Assembly: GCA_964624225.1 (NCBI GenBank)
Contig: CAZUZJ010000002.1
Coordinates: forward strand, 1 to 32,873
Reading direction: 5' to 3'
Length of the DNA stretch: 32,873 bases
Origin: an uncultured Desulfobulbia bacterium
Lineage (GTDB): Bacteria > Desulfobacterota > Desulfobulbia > Desulfobulbales > SURF-16
Below the pieces are notes generated by a model. It saw nothing but the letters and a program-made list of their open reading frames with translations. It did not search any database and was not told the origin of the DNA. Every line of letters begins with the position of its first letter. The first letter of the stretch is position 1. A program made the position numbers and the translations under genes. Below are positions 1-11,392 of the stretch, piece after piece.

Positions 1-1
1 C

Positions 2-1765
2 GGCGCCCAAAAGGGTCTGGCCGATACCGCGTTGAAAACGGCCAACTCCGGCTATCTGACCAGGAGACTGGTAGACGTTGCCCAGGATTCCACCATAACG
101 GAGCGGGATTGCGGCACCCTGGACGGGATCATGGCAGAACCGCTGTTTGAGGGCGGTGAGGTCATCCAGCGAGTCGGTGAGCGTATTCTCGGTCGCGTCG
201 CCCTGGAGGACATCATTGATCCTTTTACCGGAGAAACGATTGTCAAGACCGGGGAGGAGATCACCGAGGACAAGGTAGATACCATTGAATACGCTGGCAT
301 CGACCGGGTCATGATCCGTTCGGTCCTTACCTGCAATTCCCGGCGCGGGGTCTGCGTTTCCTGTTATGGCCGCGATCTCGGGCGCGGCCACATGGTCAAC
401 ATCGGTGAGGCGGTCGGTATCATTGCCGCCCAGTCGATCGGCGAGCCGGGTACGCAGCTGACCATGCGAACCTTCCATATCGGCGGGACGGCCAGCCGCA
501 GCGTCATGCAGGCGGAAATCCGCACCCTGCATGGGGGCGAGATCAAGTTCCAGGATCTCCACTGCGTCAAGAACAGCGAGGGAAATCTGGTTGTCATGAA
601 CCGGAACGGTGAGATCAGCATCCTCGGCACAAAGGGCCGCGAACGGGAGCGGTATCCGGTGACCTACGGCGCTATTCTCCACGTCAATGACGGCGACACG
701 GTGGAACCGAACACCCTGATCGCCGACTGGGATCCCTATACCATTCCCATTGTCAGTGAGATTTCCGGTACGGTCAAGTTCGGAGACATTATAGAAGGAA
801 CCACCATGCAGGAGCGGGTTGATCCGATCACCGGCAAGGCGAGCTATGTCATCATCGCCTCCAAGCTAGCGGCGATGAATCCCCGTATCTCGCTCAAGGG
901 TGATAAGGGTAAGACCCTGAAGCTTGAAGGAACCGGAACACCGGCCCGCTATTCTCTGCCGGTCGGTACCATCATCAATGTTGAGGAAGGACAGGAGATT
1001 CTCGCCGGCACCGTGCTCGGCAAGATCCCACGCGAAACCACCAAAACCAAGGATATTACCGGTGGTTTGCCGCGGGTCGCTGAGCTCTTCGAGGTGCGCA
1101 AGCCCAAGGAGCATGCCGTTATCAGCGAGATCAACGGACGGGTCAGTTTCGGCAAGGATCTGAAAGGCAAAAAACGAGTCATTGTCACCCCGGAGATCGG
1201 TGACCCCAAGGAATACCTTATTCCCAAAGGCAAGCATATCAGCGTCCATGAGGGTGACTATGTCAAGGCCGGGGAACCCTTGATGGACGGCTCACCGGAT
1301 CCCAATGACATCCTTCGGGTCATGGGCGTCAAGGAGCTTGCCAAATTCCTGGTCAACGAGATTCAGGAAGTGTATCGTCTCCAGGGCGTCAAGATCAATG
1401 ACAAACACATTGAGGTCATTGTCAGGCAGATGTTGCGGCGCGTACAGATTACCCGGGTGGGCGACAGCACCTTCATGCTTGGTGAGCAGGTTGAAGCATG
1501 GAAATTCAACGAGGAGAACGAAAAGATTCTCCGGGAAGGCGGTCGACCGGCGGTTGCCGAGCCCTTGCTTCTCGGCGTCACCAAGGCGTCACTCAGCACG
1601 GATAGCTTCATTTCCGCGGCATCATTCCAGGAAACCACCAAGGTGCTGACTAATGCCGCCATGGCAGGCAAGTTTGATGATCTGAGCGGTTTGAAGGAAA
1701 ATGTCATCATGGGGCGGCTGGTCCCGGCCGGTACCGGACTTGCCAGTTACGCCCTGGAGGATTAA
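2..1765 (+). CDS. rpoC: DNA-directed RNA polymerase subunit beta' (C-terminal 587 aa; 5' end lies outside the window)
   Basis: The frame is open from nt 2. The translation [26 protein letters not shown]... and ...[38 protein letters not shown] match hallmark conserved RpoC blocks. TAA stop at 1763-1765. Confidence 0.97.
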   Translation, partial: GAQKGLADTALKTANSGYLTRRLVDVAQDSTITERDCGTLDGIMAEPLFEGGEVIQRVGERILGRVALEDIIDPFTGETIVKTGEEITEDKVDTIEYAGIDRVMIRSVLTCNSRRGVCVSCYGRDLGRGHMVNIGEAVGIIAAQSIGEPGTQLTMRTFHIGGTASRSVMQAEIRTLHGGEIKFQDLHCVKNSEGNLVVMNRNGEISILGTKGRERERYPVTYGAILHVNDGDTVEPNTLIADWDPYTIPIVSEISGTVKFGDIIEGTTMQERVDPITGKASYVIIASKLAAMNPRISLKGDKGKTLKLEGTGTPARYSLPVGTIINVEEGQEILAGTVLGKIPRETTKTKDITGGLPRVAELFEVRKPKEHAVISEINGRVSFGKDLKGKKRVIVTPEIGDPKEYLIPKGKHISVHEGDYVKAGEPLMDGSPDPNDILRVMGVKELAKFLVNEIQEVYRLQGVKINDKHIEVIVRQMLRRVQITRVGDSTFMLGEQVEAWKFNEENEKILREGGRPAVAEPLLLGVTKASLSTDSFISAASFQETTKVLTNAAMAGKFDDLSGLKENVIMGRLVPAGTGLASYALED

Positions 1766-1788
1766 GGGACGGTTTGGAAAAAGGTGAT

Positions 1789-1838
1789 GATGGCGACAAA
1801 GGCCGGATAAGTTTCTCCTTGACACCTTTGTCGCCATC
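1789..1838 (+). promoter_or_regulatory. Perfect 14-bp inverted repeat (GATGGCGACAAAGG / CCTTTGTCGCCATC) with a 22-nt loop; possible rpoC terminator/attenuator hairpin or operator
   Basis: The arms at 1789-1802 and 1825-1838 are exact reverse complements. A T5 run follows at 1853-1857. The loop contains the TTGACA box of the candidate rpsL promoter. Confidence 0.45.
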
Positions 1839-1847
1839 GTGTATCTA
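1819..1847 (+). promoter_or_regulatory. Candidate sigma70-type promoter for the str operon (rpsL)
   Basis: TTGACA (1819-1824), a 17-nt spacer, then TATCTA (1842-1847), about 80 nt upstream of the rpsL ATG. By-eye consensus match only. Confidence 0.45.
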
Positions 1848-1927
1848 TTCCGTTTTTCGATTGGACAAAATCGGAACACCTTCTCGGGAGGGTGTAAGAT
1901 ATAACTATTAATGTAGGAGTTTAATCA

Positions 1928-2299
1928 ATGCCCACCATCAATCAATTGGTACGGCACGGTCGCAAAAAAGCGGCAAAGAGAACGACGACCCCGGCCTTGC
2001 AGGCGTGCCCGCAGCGGAGAGGTGTCTGTGTTCGTGTCTATACAACGACGCCGAAAAAGCCGAACTCGGCTCTGCGTAAGGTAGCCAGGGTCCGGCTGAC
2101 GAACGGCATCGAGGTGACCTCCTATATCCCCGGTATCGGACACAACCTTCAAGAGCATTCCGTGGTGCTGATCAGGGGTGGCAGGGTTAAGGACCTTCCC
2201 GGTGTGCGCTATCACATCATCAGGGGCACGCTGGATACGCTCGGTGTCTCAGACCGGCGCCAGGGTCGTTCGAAGTATGGCGCAAAGCGTCCCAAATAA
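1928..2299 (+). CDS. rpsL: 30S ribosomal protein S12 (uS12)
   Basis: 123 aa. Motifs [27 protein letters not shown] and [14 protein letters not shown] are diagnostic of S12. AGGAG lies upstream. Confidence 0.98.
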   Translation: MPTINQLVRHGRKKAAKRTTTPALQACPQRRGVCVRVYTTTPKKPNSALRKVARVRLTNGIEVTSYIPGIGHNLQEHSVVLIRGGRVKDLPGVRYHIIRGTLDTLGVSDRRQGRSKYGAKRPK

Positions 2300-2339
2300 T
2301 GTTGTTGCGTGTGAAGGAATGAAAAGGAGCTGAGAGGCT

Positions 2340-2813
2340 ATGCCCAGACGTAGATTGGTAGCAAAGCGAGAAATAAATCCGGACGCCCGCTTTAACAGTG
2401 TTCTGGTGTCGAAATTTATCAACGGCCTGATGCAGCGCGGTAAAAAAAGTGTTGCCCGGTCAATTTTTTATGATGCGATGGATATCATCGAGAAATCCCT
2501 CAAGGAAGACAATTCCCTGTCGGTCTTTGAAAAGGCCATGGAGAATGTCCGTCCCAAGGTAGAAGTTAAGTCCCGACGTGTCGGTGGCGCAACCTACCAG
2601 GTGCCGGTAGAGGTTCGACCTGAACGTCGGAATGCCCTGGCGATTCGGTGGCTGGTGGGCTACTCCGCCAAAAGGAGCGGCAAATCCATGGCTGAGAAGC
2701 TGGCAGCGGAGATTGCCGACGCCTATCATAACCGCGGAACCTCGGTGAAGAAACGCGAGGATACCCACAAGATGGCGGACGCAAACAAGGCTTTTGCCCA
2801 CTATCGCTGGTAA
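2340..2813 (+). CDS. rpsG: 30S ribosomal protein S7 (uS7)
   Basis: 157 aa. MPRRR start and the [14 protein letters not shown] and [11 protein letters not shown]-terminal blocks match S7. Canonical position after rpsL. Confidence 0.98.
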   Translation: MPRRRLVAKREINPDARFNSVLVSKFINGLMQRGKKSVARSIFYDAMDIIEKSLKEDNSLSVFEKAMENVRPKVEVKSRRVGGATYQVPVEVRPERRNALAIRWLVGYSAKRSGKSMAEKLAAEIADAYHNRGTSVKKREDTHKMADANKAFAHYRW

Positions 2814-2878
2814 GCTGACGCGCTGTTGAACAATGAGTCCCCGGTACGCCGGTAGAGATGTTGCAGGGAGAAACGACG

Positions 2879-4963
2879 GTGGGACACAACGTCTCTTTGG
2901 CTCGATTGCGCAATATCGGCATCATGGCCCATATCGATGCCGGCAAAACGACAACAACGGAACGGATCCTCTATTATACAGGGAAAACCCATAAGATGGG
3001 TGAGGTTCATGACGGAGCAGCTGTCATGGACTGGATGGAGCAGGAGCAGGAGCGAGGAATAACCATCACCTCCGCTGCCACCACCTGCCAGTGGAAAAAC
3101 TTCTTTATTAATATTATCGACACCCCAGGCCACGTCGATTTCACCATTGAGGTCGAACGCTGTCTGAGGGTGCTGGATGGGGTGATTGCCGTCTTTTGTG
3201 CTGTCGGCGGTGTAGAGCCCCAATCCGAGACAGTTTGGCGTCAGGCGGATAAATACAAGATTCCGCGGATAGCCTTTGTCAACAAGATGGATCGCATCGG
3301 TGCCGATTTCGAGCGCTGTATCGCAATGATGGCGAGTCGATTGGGCGGCAATCCTTTACCGATGCAATTGCCGGTAGGTTCAGAGGAAAATTTTCGCGGC
3401 GTCATTGATCTGCTCAGTGGAAAAATGCTGACTTTTGATGACACGTCTCAGGGCGCGAAGTTTTTTGAAGAAGAGATACCGGCTGAATATCACGATTCGT
3501 TCACGGCTGCACGTATGGCCCTCGTCGAGAAGCTGGCCGACTTCGATGAGGGGGTCATGGAAAAATATCTGGAAGAGCAAAGTATAGCGGCAGATGAACT
3601 GCGAAGTGCCATTCGCCAGGCGACCCTCAAGCTTCAACTGGTCCCTGTTTTCTGCGGCAGCGCATTCAAGAATAAGGGGGTACAGCCCCTGCTTGATGCA
3701 ATAATCGATTACTTGCCTTCTCCAACAGATGTTCCTCCAGTCGAAGGAGTAAACAGCAGTGGCGACGTTGTTCATCGCCGCACCGGAGCCAGTGAGAAAT
3801 TCTGTGCCCTAGCTTTTAAGCTGACCACCGATCCATTTGTCGGAAATCTTGCCTATATTCGTGTTTATTCCGGAGTGGTAAAATGCGGGGACAAGGTATT
3901 CAACTCGGCAAAACAGAAGGTTGAGAAGGTCAGCCGCATCGTTAAGATGCATTCGAACAAGCGGGAAGAGGTTGTTGAGGTCGGCCCCGGTGATATAGCT
4001 GCATTGATAGGATTGCGCTTTTCGACAACCGGAGACACGCTTTGCGATCAGGATGATCCGATTATCCTGGAAAACATGGATTTTCCAGAGCCGGTTATCA
4101 GTATCGCCATTGAACCGAAGAGCAAAGCGGACGAAGAAAAGTTGAATGAAACCCTGACCAAGATTTCTCTTGAGGATCCCTCTTTCAGGGTGCGCACCGA
4201 TGTGGATACCGGGCAGAAGATCATCTCCGGGATGGGTGAGCTTCACTTGGAGATAATCGTTGATCGACTGATTCGCGAATTTAAAGTCGGGGCAAATGTC
4301 GGTGCGCCGCAGGTGGCTTATAAGGAAACCATCGAGGCGCAGGCATCCGGTGAAGGAACCTTTGTCCAGCAAACCGGGGCTCGCCACCAGTATGGGCATG
4401 TGAGGCTTGAAGTTCACCCACTGGGCCGCGGCAGTGGCGTCGTCTTTGCCAGCAACGTTGATGAGGAAAACATCCCTGCCCTTTTCATCCCTGCCATTAA
4501 GAAGGGAGTTGATGGGGGAGTGGAAAGTGGTGCCTTGGCCGGTTTTCCGGTAACCGATATCAAGATTACTCTGGTAGGGGGTTCCTACCATGAGGAAGAT
4601 TCGACGGAGCAGGCCTTTGGTGTGGCTGCAACCATTGCCATGCGGAACGCCTTGGCCGATGCCCACCCGGTTCTGCTGGAACCGGTGATGAACGTCGAGG
4701 TTGTGGTTCCGGATCAGTATGTCGGTGACGTCATTGCAGATCTCAATGCCCGGCGAGCTCGAATTAACGGAATCGGTACCAGGGATAACGGCTATCAGGT
4801 GATAACGGCGGAGTCGCCGTTGGCAGAAATGTTCGGCTACTCGACGAACCTGCGATCGGCTTCCCAGGGAAGAGCGAATTTCACCATGCAGTTTGCGGCT
4901 TACGATAAGGTCGCTGAGAAAACAGCTCAAGCAATTGTTAAAAAAGTGAAAGGGTTACTGTAA
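2879..4963 (+). CDS. fusA: Elongation factor G
   Basis: [24 protein letters not shown] and DTPGHVDF G-domain motifs, about 694 aa. I prefer the GTG start at 2879: GGGAGA lies 8 nt upstream and the N-terminus [12 protein letters not shown] aligns with the usual EF-G MARxVxLxxxRN. The longest ORF starts at ATG 2858. Confidence 0.95.
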   Translation: MGHNVSLARLRNIGIMAHIDAGKTTTTERILYYTGKTHKMGEVHDGAAVMDWMEQEQERGITITSAATTCQWKNFFINIIDTPGHVDFTIEVERCLRVLDGVIAVFCAVGGVEPQSETVWRQADKYKIPRIAFVNKMDRIGADFERCIAMMASRLGGNPLPMQLPVGSEENFRGVIDLLSGKMLTFDDTSQGAKFFEEEIPAEYHDSFTAARMALVEKLADFDEGVMEKYLEEQSIAADELRSAIRQATLKLQLVPVFCGSAFKNKGVQPLLDAIIDYLPSPTDVPPVEGVNSSGDVVHRRTGASEKFCALAFKLTTDPFVGNLAYIRVYSGVVKCGDKVFNSAKQKVEKVSRIVKMHSNKREEVVEVGPGDIAALIGLRFSTTGDTLCDQDDPIILENMDFPEPVISIAIEPKSKADEEKLNETLTKISLEDPSFRVRTDVDTGQKIISGMGELHLEIIVDRLIREFKVGANVGAPQVAYKETIEAQASGEGTFVQQTGARHQYGHVRLEVHPLGRGSGVVFASNVDEENIPALFIPAIKKGVDGGVESGALAGFPVTDIKITLVGGSYHEEDSTEQAFGVAATIAMRNALADAHPVLLEPVMNVEVVVPDQYVGDVIADLNARRARINGIGTRDNGYQVITAESPLAEMFGYSTNLRSASQGRANFTMQFAAYDKVAEKTAQAIVKKVKGLL

Positions 4964-4989
4964 ACAATCCGCAGCAATGAGGCGAAGGA

Positions 4990-6180
4990 ATGGCAAAGGA
5001 AAAGTTTGAACGTAAAAAACCCCATGTAAATATTGGCACCATTGGTCATATCGATCACGGGAAAACGACGTTGACCGCAGCAATCACCCAGGTGCTGGCC
5101 ACCAAGGGGTACGCCAAGAAGACCGATTTCAGCGAGATCGACAAGGCCCCGGAGGAGAAGGAACGCGGTATCACCATCGCCACCGCCCATGTTGAGTATG
5201 AGACGGATAATCGGCATTATGCGCATGTGGACTGCCCGGGCCATGCAGACTATATCAAGAATATGATCACCGGCGCTGCCCAGATGGATGGGGCGATTCT
5301 GGTGGTGGGTGCGGATGACGGACCGATGCCGCAGACCAGGGAGCACATTCTGCTGGCTCGTCAGGTTGGTGTGCCGGCGATCGTCGTGTTTCTGAACAAG
5401 TGTGATATGGTAGACGATGTCGAGCTGATTGAGCTGGTTGACATGGAGTTGCGCGAGCTGCTGAGCAAGTATGAATTTCCCGGCGATGACACCCCGATCA
5501 TCCAGGGCAGTGCCCTGAAGGCGCTGGAGAATCCTGCTGATCCGGAGGCGTCCAAATGCATCTGGGATCTGATGGCAGCGGTGGATTCGTTTGTGCCGCA
5601 GCCTGAGCGCGACATCGACAAGCCGTTTCTGATGCCGGTGGAGGACGTTTTTTCCATTTCCGGTCGTGGCACGGTGGCCACCGGGCGTATCGAGCGTGGT
5701 ATCGTGAAGGTAGGCGATGAGGTGGAGATAGTCGGTATTCGGACCACCCAGAAGACGACAGTGACCGGCGTAGAGATGTTCAGGAAGATCCTGGACCAGG
5801 GTCAGGCCGGTGATAACGTTGGTATCCTGCTGCGCGGCACCAAGCGTGAGGATATTGAGCGCGGGCAGGTGCTGGCGGCGCCGAAGAGCATCACCCCGCA
5901 TGTGAAATTCAAGGCGGAGTGCTACATTCTGACCAAGGAAGAGGGTGGCCGCCACACGCCGTTTTTTAATGGCTACCGACCCCAGTTTTATTTTCGGACC
6001 ACGGACGTGACGGGCATCGTCACCCTGCCAGAGGGGGTGGAGATGGTCATGCCTGGTGACAACGTGACGATAGACGGCGCCTTGATTACGCCGATCGCCA
6101 TGGAGGCGGGTCTCCGCTTTGCCATTCGCGAGGGTGGCCGCACGGTGGGCGCCGGTGTCATTAACGAGATAATCGAATAA
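4990..6180 (+). CDS. tuf: Elongation factor Tu
   Basis: 396 aa. Motifs [36 protein letters not shown] and NKCD. Confidence 0.99.
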   Translation: MAKEKFERKKPHVNIGTIGHIDHGKTTLTAAITQVLATKGYAKKTDFSEIDKAPEEKERGITIATAHVEYETDNRHYAHVDCPGHADYIKNMITGAAQMDGAILVVGADDGPMPQTREHILLARQVGVPAIVVFLNKCDMVDDVELIELVDMELRELLSKYEFPGDDTPIIQGSALKALENPADPEASKCIWDLMAAVDSFVPQPERDIDKPFLMPVEDVFSISGRGTVATGRIERGIVKVGDEVEIVGIRTTQKTTVTGVEMFRKILDQGQAGDNVGILLRGTKREDIERGQVLAAPKSITPHVKFKAECYILTKEEGGRHTPFFNGYRPQFYFRTTDVTGIVTLPEGVEMVMPGDNVTIDGALITPIAMEAGLRFAIREGGRTVGAGVINEIIE

Positions 6181-6189
6181 GGATAGACA

Positions 6190-6501
6190 ATGATCCAGAC
6201 ACAGAAAATTCGTATCAGGCTGAAAGGCTATGATCATAAACTGCTCGACCAGTCGACCCATGAGATCGTCGATACGGCAAAGAGAACCGGTGCCATCGTT
6301 GCCGGCCCCATTCCCCTGCCGACCTCTGTCAATAAATATTGTGTTCTCCGTTCGCCTCATGTCGATAAAAAATCCCGTGAAGCCTTTGAGATGAGAACCC
6401 ACCGGCGATTGCTTGATATCCTTGAGCCTACCCAGCAAACCATTGACGCCTTGATGAAGTTGGAACTGTCGGCCGGGGTTGATGTGGAGATTAAGCTGTA
6501 A
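6190..6501 (+). CDS. rpsJ: 30S ribosomal protein S10 (uS10)
   Basis: 103 aa. [18 protein letters not shown] and [21 protein letters not shown] blocks match S10. It starts only 9 nt after tuf. Confidence 0.98.
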   Translation: MIQTQKIRIRLKGYDHKLLDQSTHEIVDTAKRTGAIVAGPIPLPTSVNKYCVLRSPHVDKKSREAFEMRTHRRLLDILEPTQQTIDALMKLELSAGVDVEIKL

Positions 6502-6692
6502 GGGTGATTGAGGCCAGGCAGTCGAGAGTGACGATTGGGTCTTGCTAACCCTGGAATCATCTATGTGCATCTGCCCCGTATGAACCATGCTGCATCAGGA
6601 TATGGACCGGGAAGTGAGCAAATAGCGCATTGCTGGTCGTACCTGCTAGTTGGCATTTGAATCAACGGCGGAAATAAACAAGGATAGGAATT

Positions 6693-7322
6693 ATGCCTAC
6701 GACACTTGGAATATTAGGAAAAAAAATCGGGATGACCCGAATCTTCACGGAGATGGGAGCGGCTGTCGGCGTTACTGTCGTCGAGGCAGGGCCATGTGTT
6801 GTCCTTCAGAAAAAAACCATTGCAAAGGAAGGATATAACGCCATTCAGGTCGGTTTTCAGCCGAAAAAGGAAAGTCGGGTTACCAAACCTCTGGCCGGGC
6901 ACTGCAAAAATGCCGGACAGGTTGGATATTATCATATTAAGGAATTTCGCATTGATGATCCTGATAAATATGAGCTTGGTCAGCAAATAGGTGTTGGTGA
7001 CCTTTTCAAGATTGGCGATATCGTTGATGTCAGTGGACGGGTAAAAGGGCGGGGTTTTCAGGGCGTCGTCAAACGGCATGGCTTCAAGGGTGGACGGAAG
7101 ACCCATGGCTCCATGTTTCATCGGGCACCGGGATCGATCGGCTGCAGCGCATGGCCCAGCAAGGTCATCAAGGGGAAAAAGCTGCCTGGCCGCATGGGAA
7201 ATAACATGATCACGAAGAAAAATATGATGATCGTCGATATTCGTGCTGACGAGAACGTCATGGTGATCAAAGGCTCCCTTCCGGGCACAGCAAAAGAATT
7301 GCTGCAAATTTTTTCAAAGTAA
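6693..7322 (+). CDS. rplC: 50S ribosomal protein L3 (uL3)
   Basis: 209 aa. N-terminus [18 protein letters not shown] plus [10 protein letters not shown] and APGSIG motifs. Confidence 0.98.
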   Translation: MPTTLGILGKKIGMTRIFTEMGAAVGVTVVEAGPCVVLQKKTIAKEGYNAIQVGFQPKKESRVTKPLAGHCKNAGQVGYYHIKEFRIDDPDKYELGQQIGVGDLFKIGDIVDVSGRVKGRGFQGVVKRHGFKGGRKTHGSMFHRAPGSIGCSAWPSKVIKGKKLPGRMGNNMITKKNMMIVDIRADENVMVIKGSLPGTAKELLQIFSK

Positions 7323-7343
7323 TTACCAAAGAGGTGCCGGAAC

Positions 7344-7967
7344 ATGGCAGTAACAGGCGTGGTTAACATAAAGAATGAAAAAGTCGGCGATATCGAGCTC
7401 AATGATGCGCTTTTCGCCGTAGAAGTTAAACCGTATATTCTGCACGATATTGTCAGGATGCAGCTTGCTAATCGTCGAGCCGGTACAGCGTGCACAAAAA
7501 CCCGCGGCGAAGTGCAGGGCAGTAAGGCGAAACCGTGGCGTCAGAAAGGAACCGGGCGAGCTCGTTCCGGCAGTCGTCGCTCGCCGGTCTGGCGCGGAGG
7601 TGGAACGGTTTTTGGACCCAAGCCACGTGATTACAGCTACAAACTGCCGAAAAAGGTGCGCAAACTCGGAATGCGGATGGCTCTGAGTTCACGCTTTTCA
7701 GAAAATCGCCTTGTCGTTCTTGATAATTTTGAACTGGAAGAGATCAAAAGCAAAAAATTTGCCGCCATTATGGCGCAACTCAATATGGACAATGCGTTGA
7801 TCGTCATCCCCGATCATGATGAAAAGTTGGAAAAATCATCGCGGAATGTTGTTGGCTACAAGGTGATGCCAACTGCGGGAATTAATGTCTATGACATACT
7901 TCTGCATAAAAATGTAATATTACTGCAGTCATGTATTGGCCAGCTTGAAGAGAGGTTGCTTTCATGA
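7344..7967 (+). CDS. rplD: 50S ribosomal protein L4 (uL4)
   Basis: 207 aa. [25 protein letters not shown] motif. The stop overlaps the rplW start (ATGA at 7964-7967). Confidence 0.98.
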   Translation: MAVTGVVNIKNEKVGDIELNDALFAVEVKPYILHDIVRMQLANRRAGTACTKTRGEVQGSKAKPWRQKGTGRARSGSRRSPVWRGGGTVFGPKPRDYSYKLPKKVRKLGMRMALSSRFSENRLVVLDNFELEEIKSKKFAAIMAQLNMDNALIVIPDHDEKLEKSSRNVVGYKVMPTAGINVYDILLHKNVILLQSCIGQLEERLLS

Positions 7968-8254
7968 TCACTATTTATGATGTTGTGAAAAAACCTTGCC
8001 TTACTGAAAAAGGCATGACTTTGCAGGAAAAAAACAACCAGGTCGTCATGAAGGTACACCCTGACGCGAACAAAATTGAAATTAAAAAAGCGGTTGAACT
8101 GCTCTTTAATGTCAAGGTTGCCCATGTACGTACTGCAAACATGCACGGTAAAAAGAAACGTATCGGCTTGCATTTCGGACAGAGGTCTGATTGGAAAAAG
8201 GCAATCGTTACCTTGGCTGAAGGACACAAGATTGATTTCTTGGAACAGCTGTAA
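7964..8254 (+). CDS. rplW: 50S ribosomal protein L23 (uL23)
   Basis: 96 aa. Conserved position between rplD and rplB, with an L23-like sequence (KKAVELLFNVKVAHVRT). Confidence 0.95.
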   Translation: MITIYDVVKKPCLTEKGMTLQEKNNQVVMKVHPDANKIEIKKAVELLFNVKVAHVRTANMHGKKKRIGLHFGQRSDWKKAIVTLAEGHKIDFLEQL

Positions 8255-8299
8255 TCAGATGTTCATGCAAATCGTTTAAATACATTATCGGGGAAAGAA

Positions 8300-9124
8300 A
8301 TGGCAACAACGAAGACCTATAAACCGACATCACCGGGAAGAAGAAACTATGTTTCGCTTGTCAATCCGGAACTGTCTAAGTCCGGGCCTGAAGGTAGCCT
8401 GGTAAAACCGTTGCAGAAAAGTGGTGGCCGTAACAATTATGGACGTGTTACAGCCAGGCATATAGGTGGAGGCCATAAGCGTAAATACCGGATCATCGAC
8501 TTCAAACGTGATAAGGTGAATATCCCGGCAAAGGTCGCTGCTATCGAATATGATCCGAACAGGTCAGCAAACATCGCCCTGCTCTTTTATGCAGATGGTG
8601 AGAAGAGATATATCCTCTCACCCCTCGGCATCAAGGTCGGTGATGTGGTTGAGGCTGGTGAAAAGGTGGATATCAAGGTCGGTAACTGTCTTCCCATGGC
8701 CAATATCCCCCTGGGCAGCATTATTCACAATGTCGAGATGCGCATCGGCAAAGGGGCACAGATGGTACGCAGTGCCGGAGCTGCTGCACAATTGATGGCC
8801 AAGGAGGGTGACCACGTACTGGTTAAGCTTCCTTCCGGTGAGGTTCGCAAATTTCATCGTCTCTGTCGTGCCTGTATAGGTCAGATCGGCAATATTGAGC
8901 ATGAGAGCGAGAAAGCCGGTAAGGCAGGACGCAATCGCTGGAAAGGATTGCGTCCGAAAGTCCGCGGTGTGGCCATGAACCCGCACGATCATCCCATGGG
9001 TGGTGGTGAAGGCAAGAGTTCAGGTGGTCGTCATCCCTGTACTCCGTGGGGTATTCCGACAAAGGGATACAAGACTCGGAAACGGAAGCCATCTGATAAA
9101 GATATTGTCAAGAAACGGTCTTAA
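8300..9124 (+). CDS. rplB: 50S ribosomal protein L2 (uL2)
   Basis: 274 aa. [22 protein letters not shown] and [14 protein letters not shown] motifs. Confidence 0.98.
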   Translation: MATTKTYKPTSPGRRNYVSLVNPELSKSGPEGSLVKPLQKSGGRNNYGRVTARHIGGGHKRKYRIIDFKRDKVNIPAKVAAIEYDPNRSANIALLFYADGEKRYILSPLGIKVGDVVEAGEKVDIKVGNCLPMANIPLGSIIHNVEMRIGKGAQMVRSAGAAAQLMAKEGDHVLVKLPSGEVRKFHRLCRACIGQIGNIEHESEKAGKAGRNRWKGLRPKVRGVAMNPHDHPMGGGEGKSSGGRHPCTPWGIPTKGYKTRKRKPSDKDIVKKRS

Positions 9125-9139
9125 TGAGGGAGAAGAATC

Positions 9140-9415
9140 GTGCCGCGATCAATTAAAAAGGGTCCTTTTGTAGACGACCATTTGATGAAAAAAGTTGAAA
9201 ACGCAAAGGAAACCGGATCACGCAAGGTTATTAAAACCTGGTCCAGGCGTTCGGATATCCTTCCTGAAATGGTAGGTCTGACTTTTGCCGTCCATAACGG
9301 GAAAAAATTTGTTCCTGTTTTTGTCACGGAAAACATGGTTGGACACAAGCTGGGTGAGTTTTCCCCGACCCGTACTTTTTACAGCCATGCTGGTGATAGA
9401 AAAGGCAAAAAATAA
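9140..9415 (+). CDS. rpsS: 30S ribosomal protein S19 (uS19)
   Basis: 91 aa with a GTG start. (M)[11 protein letters not shown] and [29 protein letters not shown] motifs. Confidence 0.97.
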   Translation: MPRSIKKGPFVDDHLMKKVENAKETGSRKVIKTWSRRSDILPEMVGLTFAVHNGKKFVPVFVTENMVGHKLGEFSPTRTFYSHAGDRKGKK

Positions 9416-9449
9416 CCAGTGCCTTCACCGTGAAAGGAGACAATGACTG

Positions 9450-9782
9450 ATGGAAGCAAAGGCAGTAGTAAAAAATATTCGCATCTCGCCGCAAAAGGCA
9501 CGGCTTGTTGCTGACATGATACGCGGTCAGCAGGTTGATGCTGCGATAAATACCCTGCGTTTTACCCCCAAAAAAGGGGCGCGGATTATTCGAAAACTCG
9601 TCGAGTCAGCAGTGGCTAATGCCAGCCAGAATGAGTCGATTGACGTTGATACACTCTATGTCAAGACGATTTATATTGATGGTGGCCCCATGCTGAAACG
9701 GATAAGACCACGGGCCATGGGCCGGGCCAGCCGTATCCTGAAAAGATCGAGTCATATTACCGTCGTTCTCGCAGAGGTGTAA
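9450..9782 (+). CDS. rplV: 50S ribosomal protein L22 (uL22)
   Basis: 110 aa. [18 protein letters not shown] and [16 protein letters not shown] motifs. Confidence 0.97.
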   Translation: MEAKAVVKNIRISPQKARLVADMIRGQQVDAAINTLRFTPKKGARIIRKLVESAVANASQNESIDVDTLYVKTIYIDGGPMLKRIRPRAMGRASRILKRSSHITVVLAEV

Positions 9783-9965
9783 GCGCCGTCTTTTTTCCCT
9801 GGGTATGGGGAGGGTGCGGTCGGTTAACCATCTCCGCAGGCAAAATTTCCCTGGCATGGCGAGATGGATAGATGTTAGAGGACAGGTGGTTTTCGGAGTG
9901 GTTATCTATCAGCTGTGGGCAGCTGCTGAGAATTAAACAAATTGTTAATGTGATGGAGGAAGGTT

Positions 9966-10613
9966 TTGGGCCAGAAAGTTAATCCAATAGGTTTGCGTCT
10001 TAACATCGTTCGTTCCTGGGAATCAACCTGGTATGCAGACCGTGATTATTCCAAGTATTTACTTGAAGATCAGAAGATCAGAAAGTATCTCAAGCAACGA
10101 CTCTATCATGCGGGTATCTCAAAAATAAATATCGCCCGCACTGGTGAAAAACTCAAACTGAAACTCCACACAGCCCGTCCCGGCATCGTTATCGGAAAAA
10201 AAGGGGCGGAAATAGAAGCTCTGAAAAATGATCTCGACAAACTGACCAGACGTCAATGTGTCGTTGATATACAGGAAGTTCGCCGGCCGGAAGCTGACGC
10301 CCAGCTGGTCGCAGAAAACGTGGCGCTGCAGCTGGAAAGACGCGTCGCTTTCCGGCGTGCTATGAAAAAGGCGGTGAATATCGCCTTGAAGTTCGGTGCA
10401 AAAGGTATTAAGATTGCCTGCTCCGGTCGTTTGGGTGGCGCTGAAATGGCTCGTCGGGAATGGACTCGTGAAGGACGGGTGCCACTCCATACACTGCGTG
10501 CCGATATCGATTATGGTTTTGCCGAGGCGAAAACCACTTATGGTATTATCGGTGTCAAGGTCTGGATTTTCAAAGGCGAAGTCCTGGCCAACATGGATCA
10601 GACCGAGGAATAA
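9966..10613 (+). CDS. rpsC: 30S ribosomal protein S3 (uS3)
   Basis: 215 aa with a TTG start preceded by GGAGGAAGG. (M)[12 protein letters not shown]-terminus and [10 protein letters not shown] motif. Confidence 0.97.
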   Translation: MGQKVNPIGLRLNIVRSWESTWYADRDYSKYLLEDQKIRKYLKQRLYHAGISKINIARTGEKLKLKLHTARPGIVIGKKGAEIEALKNDLDKLTRRQCVVDIQEVRRPEADAQLVAENVALQLERRVAFRRAMKKAVNIALKFGAKGIKIACSGRLGGAEMARREWTREGRVPLHTLRADIDYGFAEAKTTYGIIGVKVWIFKGEVLANMDQTEE

Positions 10614-10737
10614 AGTCCGGATATTTTCACCGCCGGCGCGTGGTGGATTTCGACTGGTACGGCAGACCTGAAAATTTCAATATGAAGCAGGCACAATTTT
10701 GAAGAGGATGTGCCTGATACGGTAAAGGTATCTGACA

Positions 10738-11154
10738 ATGCTGAGTCCAAAAAAAGTCAAACATAGAAAACAGATGAAGGGGCGGATGAAAGGCACTGCA
10801 CTGCGGGGCTCTACCATCGCTTTTGGAGAATATGCCCTCAAAGCCACCGAATGTGGCAGGATGACGGCTCAACAGATTGAGGCGGCCCGTATTGCCATCA
10901 ACAGAACTGTCAAGCGCGGTGGGCAGATGTGGATCAGGGTCTTCCCTGATAAGCCAATTACCAAAAAACCGGCTGAAACCAGGATGGGAAAAGGCAAGGG
11001 CAGCCCCGAGTACTGGGTCGCTCCTGTCAAACCAGGTCGAATTCTCTATGAAATAACCGGAATTGAGGAAAGTGTGGCGATCAAGGCATTGACCCTGGCC
11101 GGTAATAAACTTCCTTTTGCCACCACAGTTATTTCGAAAAGGAGCAGTTTATGA
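10738..11154 (+). CDS. rplP: 50S ribosomal protein L16 (uL16)
   Basis: 138 aa. [20 protein letters not shown]-terminus and [15 protein letters not shown] motif. Confidence 0.98.
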   Translation: MLSPKKVKHRKQMKGRMKGTALRGSTIAFGEYALKATECGRMTAQQIEAARIAINRTVKRGGQMWIRVFPDKPITKKPAETRMGKGKGSPEYWVAPVKPGRILYEITGIEESVAIKALTLAGNKLPFATTVISKRSSL

Positions 11155-11345
11155 AAGCCAAAGAAATCAGAAACTTCACCCTGGATGAGCTCAATGTCAA
11201 AGTGAAGGATCTTTCCGAAGAATTCAACAAACTGAAGTTTCAGCATGGATTCCGACCACTGGAAAACACCGCGAAACTGAAAGACTTGCGGAAAGATATT
11301 TCTCGGCTCAGAACGATCATTACCGAAAAGACGATTGCCCGGTAA
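11151..11345 (+). CDS. rpmC: 50S ribosomal protein L29 (uL29)
   Basis: 64 aa. [21 protein letters not shown]. The start overlaps the rplP stop (ATGA). Conserved position. Confidence 0.95.
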   Translation: MKAKEIRNFTLDELNVKVKDLSEEFNKLKFQHGFRPLENTAKLKDLRKDISRLRTIITEKTIAR

Positions 11346-11392
11346 CACGTTGCGCGCAACATGGCATGCAACATTAATCACAGGAAATTCAG

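Noticed and set aside
3809-4930. 373-aa minus-strand ORF inside fusA
   Set aside because: Antisense shadow of EF-G, with no RBS or recognisable domains.
4927-6588. 553-aa ORF on the minus strand covering all of tuf
   Set aside because: It is antisense to an unmistakable EF-Tu gene. The translation is Arg/Gly/His/Leu-rich with no motifs, which is typical of a shadow ORF in a GC-rich, codon-biased gene.
9805-9936. 43-codon ORF in the rplV-rpsC spacer as a real micro-gene
   Set aside because: It has no Shine-Dalgarno upstream (TTTTTTCCCTGGGT) and no recognisable family. It is kept only as a note inside the spacer finding.
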